A DNA stretch of 64,000 nt from Candidatus Eiseniibacteriota bacterium (lineage in GTDB: Bacteria; Eisenbacteria; RBG-16-71-46; CAVPCR01): contig CAWGMA010000001.1 of NCBI GenBank assembly GCA_963823555.1, positions 192,001 through 256,000 on the forward strand. Reading direction: 5' to 3'. Below are positions 1 to 10,300 of the stretch, in pieces. The notes under the pieces were generated by a model, which saw only the letters and a list, made by a program, of their open reading frames with translations, ran no database searches and was not told the origin of the DNA. Position 1 is the first letter of the stretch; each line of letters begins with the position of its first letter. A program made the translations under genes and the position numbers.

Positions 1-440
1 CGCTCGCCCTCGTACTTCGTGTACTGATAGTAGTCCTCCGGTGCGATCGGGGATTCCTCGTCGCCCGGGCTCTGCTTGACGTCGCCGTGCACGCCCTGGG
101 TCGAGCAGTAGACGAGCTTCCTCACGCCATGATCGATACAGGCTTCGGCGATATGACGCGTGCCCTCGACGTTCACCTGCCAGTACTCGCTCTTCGGCAG
201 GTTGATCTTGCGGAAGGCGGCGGCCAGGTGGTGGACGACCTCGCAACCGGCAACCGTGCGGCGGACGAGATCGCGGTCGGCCACGCTCCCGAGGTGGATC
301 TCGGCCCCTGCCTCCTGGAGCTCGTCATGGAAGAGCCCCGGTGCGTTGTCGAGAACGCGCACCTCATGACCCCGATCGAGGAGCCGCCGCACGAGGTGGC
401 TCCCGGTGAAACCGGTGCCGCCGGTCACGAGGACTTTCAT
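1..440 (-). CDS. NAD-dependent epimerase/dehydratase (extended SDR), 3' end outside window
   Basis: Manual translation from ATG 440: MKVLVTGGTGFTGSHLVRRLL (GxxGxxG Rossmann), HLAA, VNVEGT, YQYTK (YxxxK). AAGGAG RBS upstream. Confidence 0.9.
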   Translation of the reverse strand, partial: MKVLVTGGTGFTGSHLVRRLLDRGHEVRVLDNAPGLFHDELQEAGAEIHLGSVADRDLVRRTVAGCEVVHHLAAAFRKINLPKSEYWQVNVEGTRHIAEACIDHGVRKLVYCSTQGVHGDVKQSPGDEESPIAPEDYYQYTKYEGE

Positions 441-978
441 CCGCACTCCTTCATCGTCATGCCGCTCCCCCTCTTCACCAGGGCCCGCGTGGATACCGGC
501 CCGACCAGGGAGCCCGAGGGAGGTATCGGCGGTTGGCTCCAGGGCCTTAGCCTTTGGTCGAAAATGACTTAGCCCGCCACGGCGGGCTGCCCGGTGCTGG
601 CTCTGGTCTCGATATGAGGCTGGGGCCGGTCCGTGGCCGCCGCTCCGAGCCGGTCGGACGCGGAATGCGCGGCCTGGTCCGGGACCCCGCCGCGCGCCGA
701 GAACGACTCGGACCGATCCTATCACGGGCCCATCCCTTCCGCGATTGGCGCTCCTGGCTCCTGTTCATGCTGCCCGCGGCTCATCTCCGGGAGGACGGAG
801 GCCGATACCGGGAGTGAGCTCGCCGGCGGCGGGCAAGAGGATGGCCGCCAGCGATCTCTGCATGACACGGCAGTCGTCTCGACACGGCAGTCGGCCAAGA
901 GACGCCGGGATGAACCCGGCGTCCGGGGGCGAGCCCCCGGGCCTCTCGCCCGGCGCCAATCGCAGAGGAGATCTTCGC

Positions 979-1743
979 ATGCTCATCCTGACCCGCAAGC
1001 CGGGCGAGAGCGTGATGATCGAGGAGTCGGTCCGCATCACCGTTCTCGAAGTCCGCGGCAGCCAGGTGAAGCTCGGCATTCAGGCGCCGCTCGATGTGCG
1101 CGTGAACCGGGAAGAAGTGCTCGAGCGCCAGCGTGCCGAGGCGGGGTTGCCGCCCATCGCCGACCTGCCGCTGCCACCGGTCCCGCGCCAGGCCGTCGTC
1201 GCCCGGACCCGCCGGCAAGAGCCGACCGAAAGACCGCTCTCGGCGGGGCGCGGCGAGCTGCGCGCCAGGTCGGGGCGGATGCGGTCCGCGTACGAGGAGC
1301 CATCCCCCGCGAGTTCTCCGCGGGAACTGCGTGCCTCGCGGTCGCAGCGGAGCGAACGATCCCAGCGGGATCTCGCCTCCGGGCCGACCTCTCGCGACCA
1401 CCTCGACGGGCGGCGCGAGCCCGGGCGGGGAGTGGGGCACGATGGCGGCAACTCGGGCGCGATCACTCGCGACCGGGGGCGGCCGCTTGGATCGCGGCCG
1501 GCACATGATCATGATGGCGATGATCTGGCCGAGCCCGTGGTCCGCCGCTACCGGCAACCAGGGGGCCCGCGGGCTCACCGTCCCGGTCGCCTGAGCGAGC
1601 GGAAGCCCAGTCCCAATGGGGCGGGAGAGAGCCACCCCGAGGGGGATCAGGACGATTCGGATCGCGAGGTCTCGAGGCTCGACAAGGCGCCTCCCGGTGA
1701 AGGGAATCGCCGAACCCGTCGCGCTGGCGGCGAAGCGGCCTAG
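979..1743 (+). CDS. csrA: Carbon storage regulator CsrA with long disordered C-terminal extension
   Basis: [47 protein letters not shown] is the canonical CsrA fold. GAGGAG RBS at 965-970. Frame stays open to 1743 (254 aa). Confidence 0.9.
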   Translation: MLILTRKPGESVMIEESVRITVLEVRGSQVKLGIQAPLDVRVNREEVLERQRAEAGLPPIADLPLPPVPRQAVVARTRRQEPTERPLSAGRGELRARSGRMRSAYEEPSPASSPRELRASRSQRSERSQRDLASGPTSRDHLDGRREPGRGVGHDGGNSGAITRDRGRPLGSRPAHDHDGDDLAEPVVRRYRQPGGPRAHRPGRLSERKPSPNGAGESHPEGDQDDSDREVSRLDKAPPGEGNRRTRRAGGEAA

Positions 1744-1768
1744 AAGCGACCCCACGGACGGCTTCCTT

Positions 1769-1805
1769 GCGGGCGGGGGATCACACCCCCGCCCGCTTTC
1801 CATTT
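1769..1805 (+). terminator. Intrinsic terminator after csrA
   Basis: Perfect 11-bp stem GCGGGCGGGGG-ATCACA-CCCCCGCCCGC followed by TTTCCATTT. Confidence 0.75.
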
Positions 1806-2031
1806 CGTTTCAGGATCGATCCCTGGCCGCCCCCACCCGCCCGGCCGGGACGGGCCTTCCACCCTCCTTCGGCCTCTCCCCCGGCCTCCCGCCCCGGCGC
1901 GCGCCTCTTACGGCCGGAGGCAACTTTCCATTTACCAGGTGCGTAAAGCCACTTGAGTAAGGGGTCCGCCCCAGCGGCGGGTCTAGCCGTCCACCCTCTC
2001 AAGGGTTTCAGCCCTGATCGCGGAGGTTCCC

Positions 2032-3423
2032 GTGTTGCGCCTTCCTCGATCCCGCCGGATTCGGATCGTCCTGCTTCTCCTCCTGGTCGCCGTGCTGGCC
2101 GGGGGGGGGCTCACCCTCAAGTCACGGCAACCGGAAGCGATGGTCGTGCAGACCGAGGAGGTTGAGCGCGGCGAGGTGGTCGAATCGGTCGCGGCCACGG
2201 GGCGCGTGCAGCCGCAATCCGAGGTCAAGATCAGCGCCAATGTCAGCGGTCGCATCGTCAGTCTGGGCGTGGCCGAGAGCGACTCGGTGGTGCCGGGTCA
2301 GCTGCTCGTCGAAATCGATCCGACGCGCTATGCGGCACTCGTTCTCGAGGTAGAGGCGAGCTTGCGCTCGGCACGGGCCGATGAGCGCCTGGCCGCCGCG
2401 AATCTCGAGCAGGCCGACCGGGAGTATCAGCGCATCCTGAGGATGCACGGCGAGGGGCTGACCTCCGCCGGCGAGATGGAGAGCGCGGAGACCGCCCGCA
2501 AGGTGTCCCATGCCCGTCTGGACGCTGCCCGCGAGGCCGTGCATCGGGCCGAGGCTCTGCTCGTCCAGGCTCGCGACGATCGCGCCAAGACCACCATCCT
2601 CTCGCCGATCGCCGGAGTCGTGACCCGTCTCAACGTCGAGGTGGGTGAAATGGTGCTCGGCACCGCGCAGAACATCGGTACCACGATCATGACCCTGGCC
2701 GATCTGAGTCGAATGGAGATCCTGTCGGACGTCGACGAAAGCGAGGTCGTCAAGGTCGCTCTTGGAGACTCGGCATCGATCGAGGTCGACGCTCTGAGCG
2801 GGGAGGTCCTCAAGGGCATCGTATCCGAGATCGCCAACTCAGGCACGACCCGCGGCCGCGGGACCGCCGAAGAGGCCACGAACTTCGAGGTCAAGGTCGC
2901 CATCCTCGGCGATGTGTCCCGGCTCCGGCCGGGGATGAGCGCCAGCGTCGATGTTCTCACCGACCGCCGCGAAGCCGTGCTGCATGTGCCCATCCAGTGC
3001 GTCACGCTCCGCGGCCGGCCGGCCGCGGGCGAAGGCGATGCCGGGCCCGGCGGCGGTCGCCGACCGGGCGAGGTGGCTGAGGCCCAGGCCGGACCGCGCC
3101 CGGAGAGCCCGCCGGAGGGGCGGAGCCACGGGACCGGGCTCGCCTCCAACCTGCGCGAAGTCATCTATGTCGTGCGTGACGGCGTCGCGCGCGAGCTCCC
3201 GGTCGAGACCGGCATCTCGAGCGCCACCCATATCGAGATCCTGGCCGGCGAGATCCAGGAAGGCGACGAGATCGTCTCGGGCAGCTACCGTATCCTCAGC
3301 CGCGAGCTCGAGGATGGCGACGCCGTCAAGATCGACAACGCCTCGATCCGCCGCGGCGGTCCGCGGGATGATCGCGAGAGTCGCGCTGCGAATCGTGGCG
3401 GAGGGAGCCGCGACCATGGTTAG
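2032..3423 (+). CDS. Efflux periplasmic adaptor subunit (MacA/HlyD family)
   Basis: N-terminal TM, ATGRVQPQSEVKISANVSGRI lipoyl half-motif, coiled-coil hairpin, TILSPIAGVV, LRPGMSASV. GGAGG RBS. Confidence 0.92.
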   Translation: MLRLPRSRRIRIVLLLLLVAVLAGGGLTLKSRQPEAMVVQTEEVERGEVVESVAATGRVQPQSEVKISANVSGRIVSLGVAESDSVVPGQLLVEIDPTRYAALVLEVEASLRSARADERLAAANLEQADREYQRILRMHGEGLTSAGEMESAETARKVSHARLDAAREAVHRAEALLVQARDDRAKTTILSPIAGVVTRLNVEVGEMVLGTAQNIGTTIMTLADLSRMEILSDVDESEVVKVALGDSASIEVDALSGEVLKGIVSEIANSGTTRGRGTAEEATNFEVKVAILGDVSRLRPGMSASVDVLTDRREAVLHVPIQCVTLRGRPAAGEGDAGPGGGRRPGEVAEAQAGPRPESPPEGRSHGTGLASNLREVIYVVRDGVARELPVETGISSATHIEILAGEIQEGDEIVSGSYRILSRELEDGDAVKIDNASIRRGGPRDDRESRAANRGGGSRDHG

Positions 3424-4693
3424 GTGGGCTCGGGATGCGATCCGGCGCCGTCTGAGCATCGCCCGCGAGGGCCTCGTGATCGCCACCGACGCGCTCGTTG
3501 CCAACCGTCTCAGAGCCGTCCTGACGACGCTGGGTATCGTCATCGGCATCGTCACCGTGGTCTTGATGATCACCCTCATCCAGGGCCTCAATCGCGCCTT
3601 CGAGCACGAGATTGCCGGTATCGGATCCCATACCCTCTACGTGCAGAAGTTCCCGTGGATGATGCGCGGCGACTTCTTCCGCTATCGCAATCGCCCCAAC
3701 CTGAACGTGCGCGAGGCGCAGGCCCTGCGCTTGGTGCCGGGAGTGGAAGCGGTCGTCCCCCATGTCTACACGGCGCGCTCGGTCAAGTACGGGGACCGCC
3801 GGGCACCGCGCGTGATCCTCGTCGGTACCACCGAGGATCATCCGCGCATCGCCGATCTCGAACCCGCGCAGGGACGCTTCCTGACCCCGGAGGACGTGCG
3901 CAACCGCCGCCTCCACTGCGTGCTGGGCTCCGAAGTGGCAGAGCGTCTGTTCCCCGATCGCTCACCCCTCGGCATGCGGCTCTCGATCGGTGGCTATCCG
4001 TTTCGCGTGGTGGGTGTTCTGGCGGAACGCGGGCAGATCTTCGGCGAGAGCATGGACAATCAGATCTTCGTGCCCCTGGGAGCTCTCTTCCGGTGCTTCG
4101 GTCGCCATCGCTCGATCGACATCGGGGTCCGCGTGGCGAGCGCCAGCGAGGGGGGCGGTGGTCGGGGAGGGAATGAGATCGAGGAGGCGCGCTACGAGAT
4201 CATCGGGGCCATGCGACGAGCGCGTGGGCTACGGCCCGGCGAACCCGACAATTTCGCCATCAACGAGCAGTCGGCGATCACCGACATGTACCGTCAGGTC
4301 ACCTCCGGCATTTACGCCGCCGGCATCGGCGTTGCGGCCATCTCGCTCCTGGTTGGTGGCATCGGCATCATGAACATCATGATGGTGTCGGTGGTCGAGC
4401 GGACGCGGGAGATCGGCGTGCGCAAGGCGATCGGGGCCACGAGGCGGACCATTCTCAGCCAGTTCATCACCGAGGCCGTCATCCTGTGTCTGGTCGGGGG
4501 CATCATTGGTGTTTCGCTGGCCTTCGGTGCATCGCGGCTCATCGATCGTTTGACCCCGTTACCCATGAGCATGCCGGTGTGGGTCGTCGTCTTCGCGCTC
4601 GGGTTCGCGAGCTGCGTTGGACTCCTGTTCGGTTTTCTCCCGGCATGGCGCGCCGCCCGGGTGGATCCCATCGAAGCGCTGCGCTACGAATGA
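3416..4693 (+). CDS. ABC transporter permease (MacB/FtsX family)
   Basis: NRLRAVLTTLGIVIG, GGIGIMNIMMVSVVERTREIGVRKAIGA, C-terminal PAWRAARVDPIEALRYE. ATG 3416 overlaps the upstream gene. Confidence 0.92.
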   Translation: MVRWARDAIRRRLSIAREGLVIATDALVANRLRAVLTTLGIVIGIVTVVLMITLIQGLNRAFEHEIAGIGSHTLYVQKFPWMMRGDFFRYRNRPNLNVREAQALRLVPGVEAVVPHVYTARSVKYGDRRAPRVILVGTTEDHPRIADLEPAQGRFLTPEDVRNRRLHCVLGSEVAERLFPDRSPLGMRLSIGGYPFRVVGVLAERGQIFGESMDNQIFVPLGALFRCFGRHRSIDIGVRVASASEGGGGRGGNEIEEARYEIIGAMRRARGLRPGEPDNFAINEQSAITDMYRQVTSGIYAAGIGVAAISLLVGGIGIMNIMMVSVVERTREIGVRKAIGATRRTILSQFITEAVILCLVGGIIGVSLAFGASRLIDRLTPLPMSMPVWVVVFALGFASCVGLLFGFLPAWRAARVDPIEALRYE

Positions 4694-4719
4694 GCATCAC
4701 CTAGGCGAAAGGGACGGTC

Positions 4720-6045
4720 ATGGCGCTCCGAACTCCCAGTCCAGTCGCCATCGCCAACGTGCTCCTGGCGCTCGACTCCCTGCGCGGGCACAAGTTTCGG
4801 GCCTTTCTCACCCTGCTCGGCATCATCATCGGCGTGGCGGCGGTGATCGGCATGATGGCGATCATCCAGGGTGTGCAGCAGAAGACCGAGCGTGAGATGA
4901 CGATTCTCCAGTCGAGCGTCTTCCAGGTGCAGAAGTGGCCCATGATTCGCACCGAGGGCGGGCATGGTGAGGAGCAGCGGCCGCGCCGCGACATCCTGCC
5001 GGAGTATGCCGAGGCGATTCGCGAGCGCTGCTCGGCGGTGACCCTGGTCGGCCCCGAGGTCTGGGAGTTCGGCATCTCGATCGCGGCCAACGGCCGCACC
5101 ACCGAGTCCAGCTTCGTCCTCGCCGGCTCCACTCCCGAGTTCTTTCCCAACAACGGCTACTACATCAACGAGGGGCGTGCCGTTTCCTATGCCGATGTCA
5201 GGGCCAACAGCCGGGTTGCCGTCATCGGCGCGCAGGTGGCCGAGGAGGTCTTCCCGCATATCGATCCCATCGGGCAGGAGATCGTGTTGCGGTTCCAGCC
5301 GTCAGCCTTCGGCGACGACGGGGACTTCACTGAGCTTGCAGCCGCCGAGCCGCCGCGCGCGATCTCGCATCGCTACCGGGTGATCGGCGTGATCGAGGAG
5401 GTCGGCCCCAAGTTCATGGGGCGTAACGAGGACAATCGAGTCGCGATTCCCCTGTCCACCTTCGAGGAGCTGTACGGCGGCCACCGCTCAGTCAACATCA
5501 CGATCCAGGCCCGGTCCCCGGAGCTGGTATCGCTCGCCATGGACCAGGTCACCGAGGTCATGCGCCGCGAGCGCGGCCTGCGCCCGAATGACGAGAACGA
5601 CTTCGAGTTCTATTCAACTCAGATGTCGATCGATTTCTTCAACAACAACACCCGCAATATCAAAGTGGCAGCAATCGCCATCTGCGCGATGAGCCTCCTC
5701 GTCGCCGGGATCGGCATCATGAACATCATGCTGGTGACCGTCCGCGAACGGACTCGCGAGATCGGCGTGCGCAAGGCGATCGGCGCCCGGCGCCGCGATA
5801 TCCTGCTGCAATTCGTGACCGAGGCCGTCGTGCTCTCCGAGGTGGGGGGCGTGATCGGGGTGGCCGCCGGGATCGGCCTGGCCGCGCTGGCGGCCCGCAT
5901 CGTGCCTTCCCTCGAGGCCGCGGTCCCGGTGTGGTCCGTGGTGCTGGGGCTCGTCTTCTGTTCCCTCGTGGGGCTGTTCTTCGGCATCTATCCCGCCGTG
6001 CGGGCGGCGCGGCTGGATCCCATCCTGGCGCTCCGCGACGAGTAG
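4720..6045 (+). CDS. ABC transporter permease (MacB/FtsX family)
   Basis: HKFRAFLTLLGIIIG, GIGIMNIMLVTVRERTREIGVRKAIGA, PAVRAARLDPILALRDE. Confidence 0.92.
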   Translation: MALRTPSPVAIANVLLALDSLRGHKFRAFLTLLGIIIGVAAVIGMMAIIQGVQQKTEREMTILQSSVFQVQKWPMIRTEGGHGEEQRPRRDILPEYAEAIRERCSAVTLVGPEVWEFGISIAANGRTTESSFVLAGSTPEFFPNNGYYINEGRAVSYADVRANSRVAVIGAQVAEEVFPHIDPIGQEIVLRFQPSAFGDDGDFTELAAAEPPRAISHRYRVIGVIEEVGPKFMGRNEDNRVAIPLSTFEELYGGHRSVNITIQARSPELVSLAMDQVTEVMRRERGLRPNDENDFEFYSTQMSIDFFNNNTRNIKVAAIAICAMSLLVAGIGIMNIMLVTVRERTREIGVRKAIGARRRDILLQFVTEAVVLSEVGGVIGVAAGIGLAALAARIVPSLEAAVPVWSVVLGLVFCSLVGLFFGIYPAVRAARLDPILALRDE

Positions 6046-6081
6046 CGCTGGCAGGGGCCGGGGCGTATACTGCCGCCGCCG

Positions 6082-7284
6082 ATGTCCCTGAACCCAAGCC
6101 CGGAAGAGAGAGCAGCCGGCCAGGCGGCTGACTCTGAGGCGCCATCTCCTGGTAGTGCCTCACCCAGCGCCGCCGACGAGCGCAGGGGGAGCGCGCCGAC
6201 CGAGTCGGCGATCTCGGGCGTGGCCTTCTTTCGCCAGCGCGCCTTCGCCTTCGGATTCGGCATCATCTCGCTGCTCCTCCTGGTTCTCCTGCTGTTGATC
6301 CTCAGGCCAGTGGCCCGCCCGATCCTGTGGGCGATCGCCCTGGCGACGCTGTTCTATCCGCTGCACCAGCGCGTGCTCAAGCTGACCGGCGGGCGAACGA
6401 TCCTGGCCGCAGTCATCTCGACCGTTCTCTCCATCGCCATCTTCCTCGTCCCAGCCCTTGCCTTCATCTCGAGCTTTCTCGCCGAGCTCAAGAACCTGTG
6501 GCCTGCCGTGCGCACCCACCTCGGCCCCGAAACCTTCGAGCGCCTCGCCATCTTCCTCGACGGGTCACCGCTGCGGCCAGTGATCCCCTGGTTCTTCCCG
6601 GATCAGCCCTATGTCGGCGCCGAGACCATCGAGGCAGCGCTCCGCGCCCTCCTCTCCAGCTTCTCTGCTTTCGCCATCGACCAGCTCGAGACCCTGGGGC
6701 GCACCGCCCCGGCCGAGGCCGTGTCCTGGATCATGACCGTGATCACCTACTACTTCCTTCTCTGCAATGGGCCCGGCTGGGTGAAGCAGGTCAAGGAGGC
6801 CATGCCGCTCGAGCGCGAGCATGCCGATAACCTCTTCCATATCACGGCTGTCACCATCAACGCGGTCTTTCGCGGCGTGATCCTGACCGCGGCCGTGCAG
6901 GCGTTTCTCGCCGGCATCGGGTTCTGGTTGGCCGGAGCCCCGGCGGCCGTCGTGCTCGCCGGTATCACCTTCATCGCAGCGCTGATTCCCCTCGTCGGCC
7001 CCGTCGCCGTGTGGCTGCCGGTTGGGATCGCGATCCTCGCCTCGGGGCGGCTCGCGGCCGGCGTCGGGCTCTTGCTGTGGGGGGGGCTGGTCGTGAGCAT
7101 GGTCGACAATTTCCTGCGTCCCCTCGTGATCGGTCACGAGACCAAGCTGCCCGTGCTCTGGCTTTTCCTGACCATCCTCGGTGGCCTCAAGGCCTTTGGA
7201 TTCCTCGGTATCCTGCTCGGGCCGATCGCGCTCTCGCTCTTCCTTGCCTGCATCCGCATCTACTCCGAGGGCCGCCGCGCCTGA
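6082..7284 (+). CDS. AI-2E family transporter
   Basis: Multi-TM protein with DNFLRPLVIG and GGLKAFGFLGILLGP motifs. Confidence 0.9.
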   Translation: MSLNPSPEERAAGQAADSEAPSPGSASPSAADERRGSAPTESAISGVAFFRQRAFAFGFGIISLLLLVLLLLILRPVARPILWAIALATLFYPLHQRVLKLTGGRTILAAVISTVLSIAIFLVPALAFISSFLAELKNLWPAVRTHLGPETFERLAIFLDGSPLRPVIPWFFPDQPYVGAETIEAALRALLSSFSAFAIDQLETLGRTAPAEAVSWIMTVITYYFLLCNGPGWVKQVKEAMPLEREHADNLFHITAVTINAVFRGVILTAAVQAFLAGIGFWLAGAPAAVVLAGITFIAALIPLVGPVAVWLPVGIAILASGRLAAGVGLLLWGGLVVSMVDNFLRPLVIGHETKLPVLWLFLTILGGLKAFGFLGILLGPIALSLFLACIRIYSEGRRA

Positions 7285-7347
7285 GCGGGGCGGCGCAGCG
7301 CGGCGGCACCTGATCCTCGTCACTCTGTGGTGCGCGTTCGGCGGGTT

Positions 7348-10300
7348 CTATCTCGCTCCGGCCGCCTGGAGCGCCGGGGGCAGGTCGGCCAGGGGTGTTG
7401 GCGAGTCATCGGCCGGTGGGGCCGGGCTCCCATCGAGGATGAGAGGCGTCAGGGCGGGGCCGAGAATCCTCACGATCTGGGTGGGCAAGGAGCTCGTGAA
7501 GCCGTAATCGGCGGCCTCCGCCCCGGACACGTAGGCGGTCACGACCCCGAAGAAGCGGTTGCCGATGAAGAAGGCGAAGCTCGCCGTCCGGCTCACGACC
7601 CGGGAGTCGATGAGACGGCCGCCGCGCGCAAAGCTCTTCACGCGGTTGTCGCCTGATCCGGTCTTGCCTCCGATCGGGACGATCTCCCCGTCAGCGGTCT
7701 TGATCGCTCCGTGGGCGCGGCGGGCGGTTCCGTTCTCGACCACGTCGAGGAGACAAGGCCGGAGCGCTGCTGCCACCGCGGGCGGCATCACCTGCTCTCC
7801 AGGCGTCAAGTCGCGCGTGAAGTGCGTTTCATAGGGAGTTCCGACCGCGAACTCGAGGCTCTTCATTCGCTGCATCGGCACCCGTTCGCCATCCCGCAAG
7901 ATGATGCCGATCAACTCGGCGAGTGCCGTTGGGCGGTCGGCGGAGCTTCCGATCGCGGTGGCCAGCGAGGGGACGAGGGAGCCGAACGGATAACCGAGCC
8001 GCTGCCAGACTTCATGGATCTGCTCGAAGGACTTGGCCTCGAGCAGGATGCGAATCCGCACATCCTGTGCTCGCTTGGCTCGGCGCGAGTAGAGCCAGGC
8101 ATAGCTCTCCTCTGCGGGTGGTGCGCTGGCCTCGGCGAATTCCGGCCACTCGACCTCCGGCTCCTGGATCATGGTGGCGGCCGTCCATATCTCGAGCGCA
8201 TGGACCTGGGCGAGATAGGCCGCGTCCTGGAGGTTCAGCTGCGATCGCCCATATCGCTGCGCAAGGCGGAGAACAGCGAGGGAATCGGGAGCCGCCTCTC
8301 CGAGCGCGGCCCTGGCCACCGTGGCCAGCGCCGCGGGTGGCGAATCGGGGCCGTTCAGGTAGTAGTGGAAGATGGCAAGGTTGCGGGCCGAGAGGCGGCG
8401 GCCAAAGAGACTCGCCGCCGCTTCGGCTTCAGACTTGCCGCGGTAGCGATGGTAGTACCGCCACAGGAGCTTGTGGCTCTCATGGGCCACGAACTCATCG
8501 AGCAAGGCCTTGCGCACGGGGTCGTTGCGGTCACGGAAGATCGCCTCCTCGTCGTACCCGAGTTTCGCCTGGTGGTACTTGACGATCTCCCGCATGAGTC
8601 GAATGAAGACCAGGTTCACGGAGTTACGCAGGCCCACGCGCAAGGTCATGATGCGGTCGTTGTCGTCCCGGTTGAAGTTGACGAACGTGTGGAGTCCGCC
8701 ACCGGTGAAGAAGCTCTCGTGTGGGCTCGCCGAGAAACGACGGTCGAGGCTCGCTGCGATCACCTCTTCCAGGGTGGCCGCCGGGTGTTCGGCCAGGAAG
8801 CCATTGACCCAGCGGGTCAGGGGATCCTTCGCTTGGGCCGCCCGCTCGGCGAACTCGGCGCTCATCGTGACGCCAGCCGCGGGCTCGGTCGCCGGCACCG
8901 ACTCCCGGGCCGGCGCGGTCCCTTCCGGGAGGTCCGGTACCGCGCTGTACGGAGATAGGGCCTCGCGTGTGGTCTCATCCTCGCTCATCGCGTCGGCGGT
9001 CGCCTCATTGGCCGCTTCCTCCTCCGGGGCCGGGTCCGTGCTCGCGCCGGCTCGGATGGTGTCCAGATCCGTGCTGGCCTGCTCGGTGTCGTGCCCGGCA
9101 CCGACCACGGGGGTCGTGCCGAGGGAATCGAGTCCGGTCTCCGCTCCCAGCCCGACGACCGGCGGCCCGCCCTGCTCGCGGGCATAGATCTCGGCAATGA
9201 CCATCAGGTAGTGGGTGAGGGTTCGCAGCTTCGCTGTCGAACCAAGATCGAGCTTCATCCCATCGTTGACATCGAACGGCTGACCGAGATTGTCGGCCTG
9301 GACGCGAACCACATTGGCTTCCGGCAGGCACTCATAAAGAGTGAAGCTGTAGATGACGCGTGATGGATCGCCGGATTCGAGCAGGCGCGGGGCCCGCAGG
9401 CCTTCGCGCGCCACGACGTCGGGATCGGTGAGTCGAGCGAGTTCCGCAGTCACCTTGCGTTGGGTGTCGCCATCGATGGTCGTACTCGCACTCAGGTCGA
9501 GCCGATCCAGCTTGTAGAAGCTGCTCTCATCGAGGAGAGCCAGTAGTTGAGACCGCACGGCGTTGGCCGCTTTACGTTCGGCAAACGGCGGAGTCGGGAG
9601 CGGTGGAGCCTGTGCATTGAAATCGAGCCGTACGGCACGCGCCGCGTCGCGCGTACCGGGGGAGATCACGCCGGCCGTGGCCATCAGGCCGAGATGAACA
9701 TCGACCAGCCGCTCGAGCTCATCGCGATCCCGCAGGAGATAGTCTGATGGTGCGCGGTTGGCGATGAGTAGAGCGACGATCTCGCGCAGCGTCCGGGCGT
9801 GCCGCTCGCCCCCCGGACCGGCCATGGGCTCGGCCAGATCGGCCTTGATCTGGGCGATGTCCTTCCCGAACCAGCCCCACATGGCTTCGCCGAGACCGTT
9901 GACTTCCCCGTAGCCGGGGACGGCCGCCAGCGGCATCGTGTTCAGATAGTTGAGAACGATGCGCCGGCGCTCCGCGCGCGTGTCCATGCCATTACGATAG
10001 GCGCGAACGCTGGCCGATGTGATTTGCTTCAGCTTCTCCGTCGGCGAGCTGGTCAATCCCGCCGCCGAGTGCCGGTACTTTTCGATCTGCGTGGCCAGGG
10101 TGCTCCCGCCTTGCACCGAGGATGCCACTCCCACTTCCTTGCCCAGGTACATGAACATGACATGGGCCAGACGATCCCACTCCACGGCGGGGTTGCGGTA
10201 GGGAAAGTCGTCGATGAAGAGCTCCCGGTTCTCGACGAACAGGAGCATGGCCACGATTGGATCCGGGATGTCTTCGATCGTGGTGAACTGATGGCGGCGA

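Noticed and set aside
87..572. 161-aa plus-strand ORF
   Set aside because: Antisense shadow of the epimerase gene on the minus strand.
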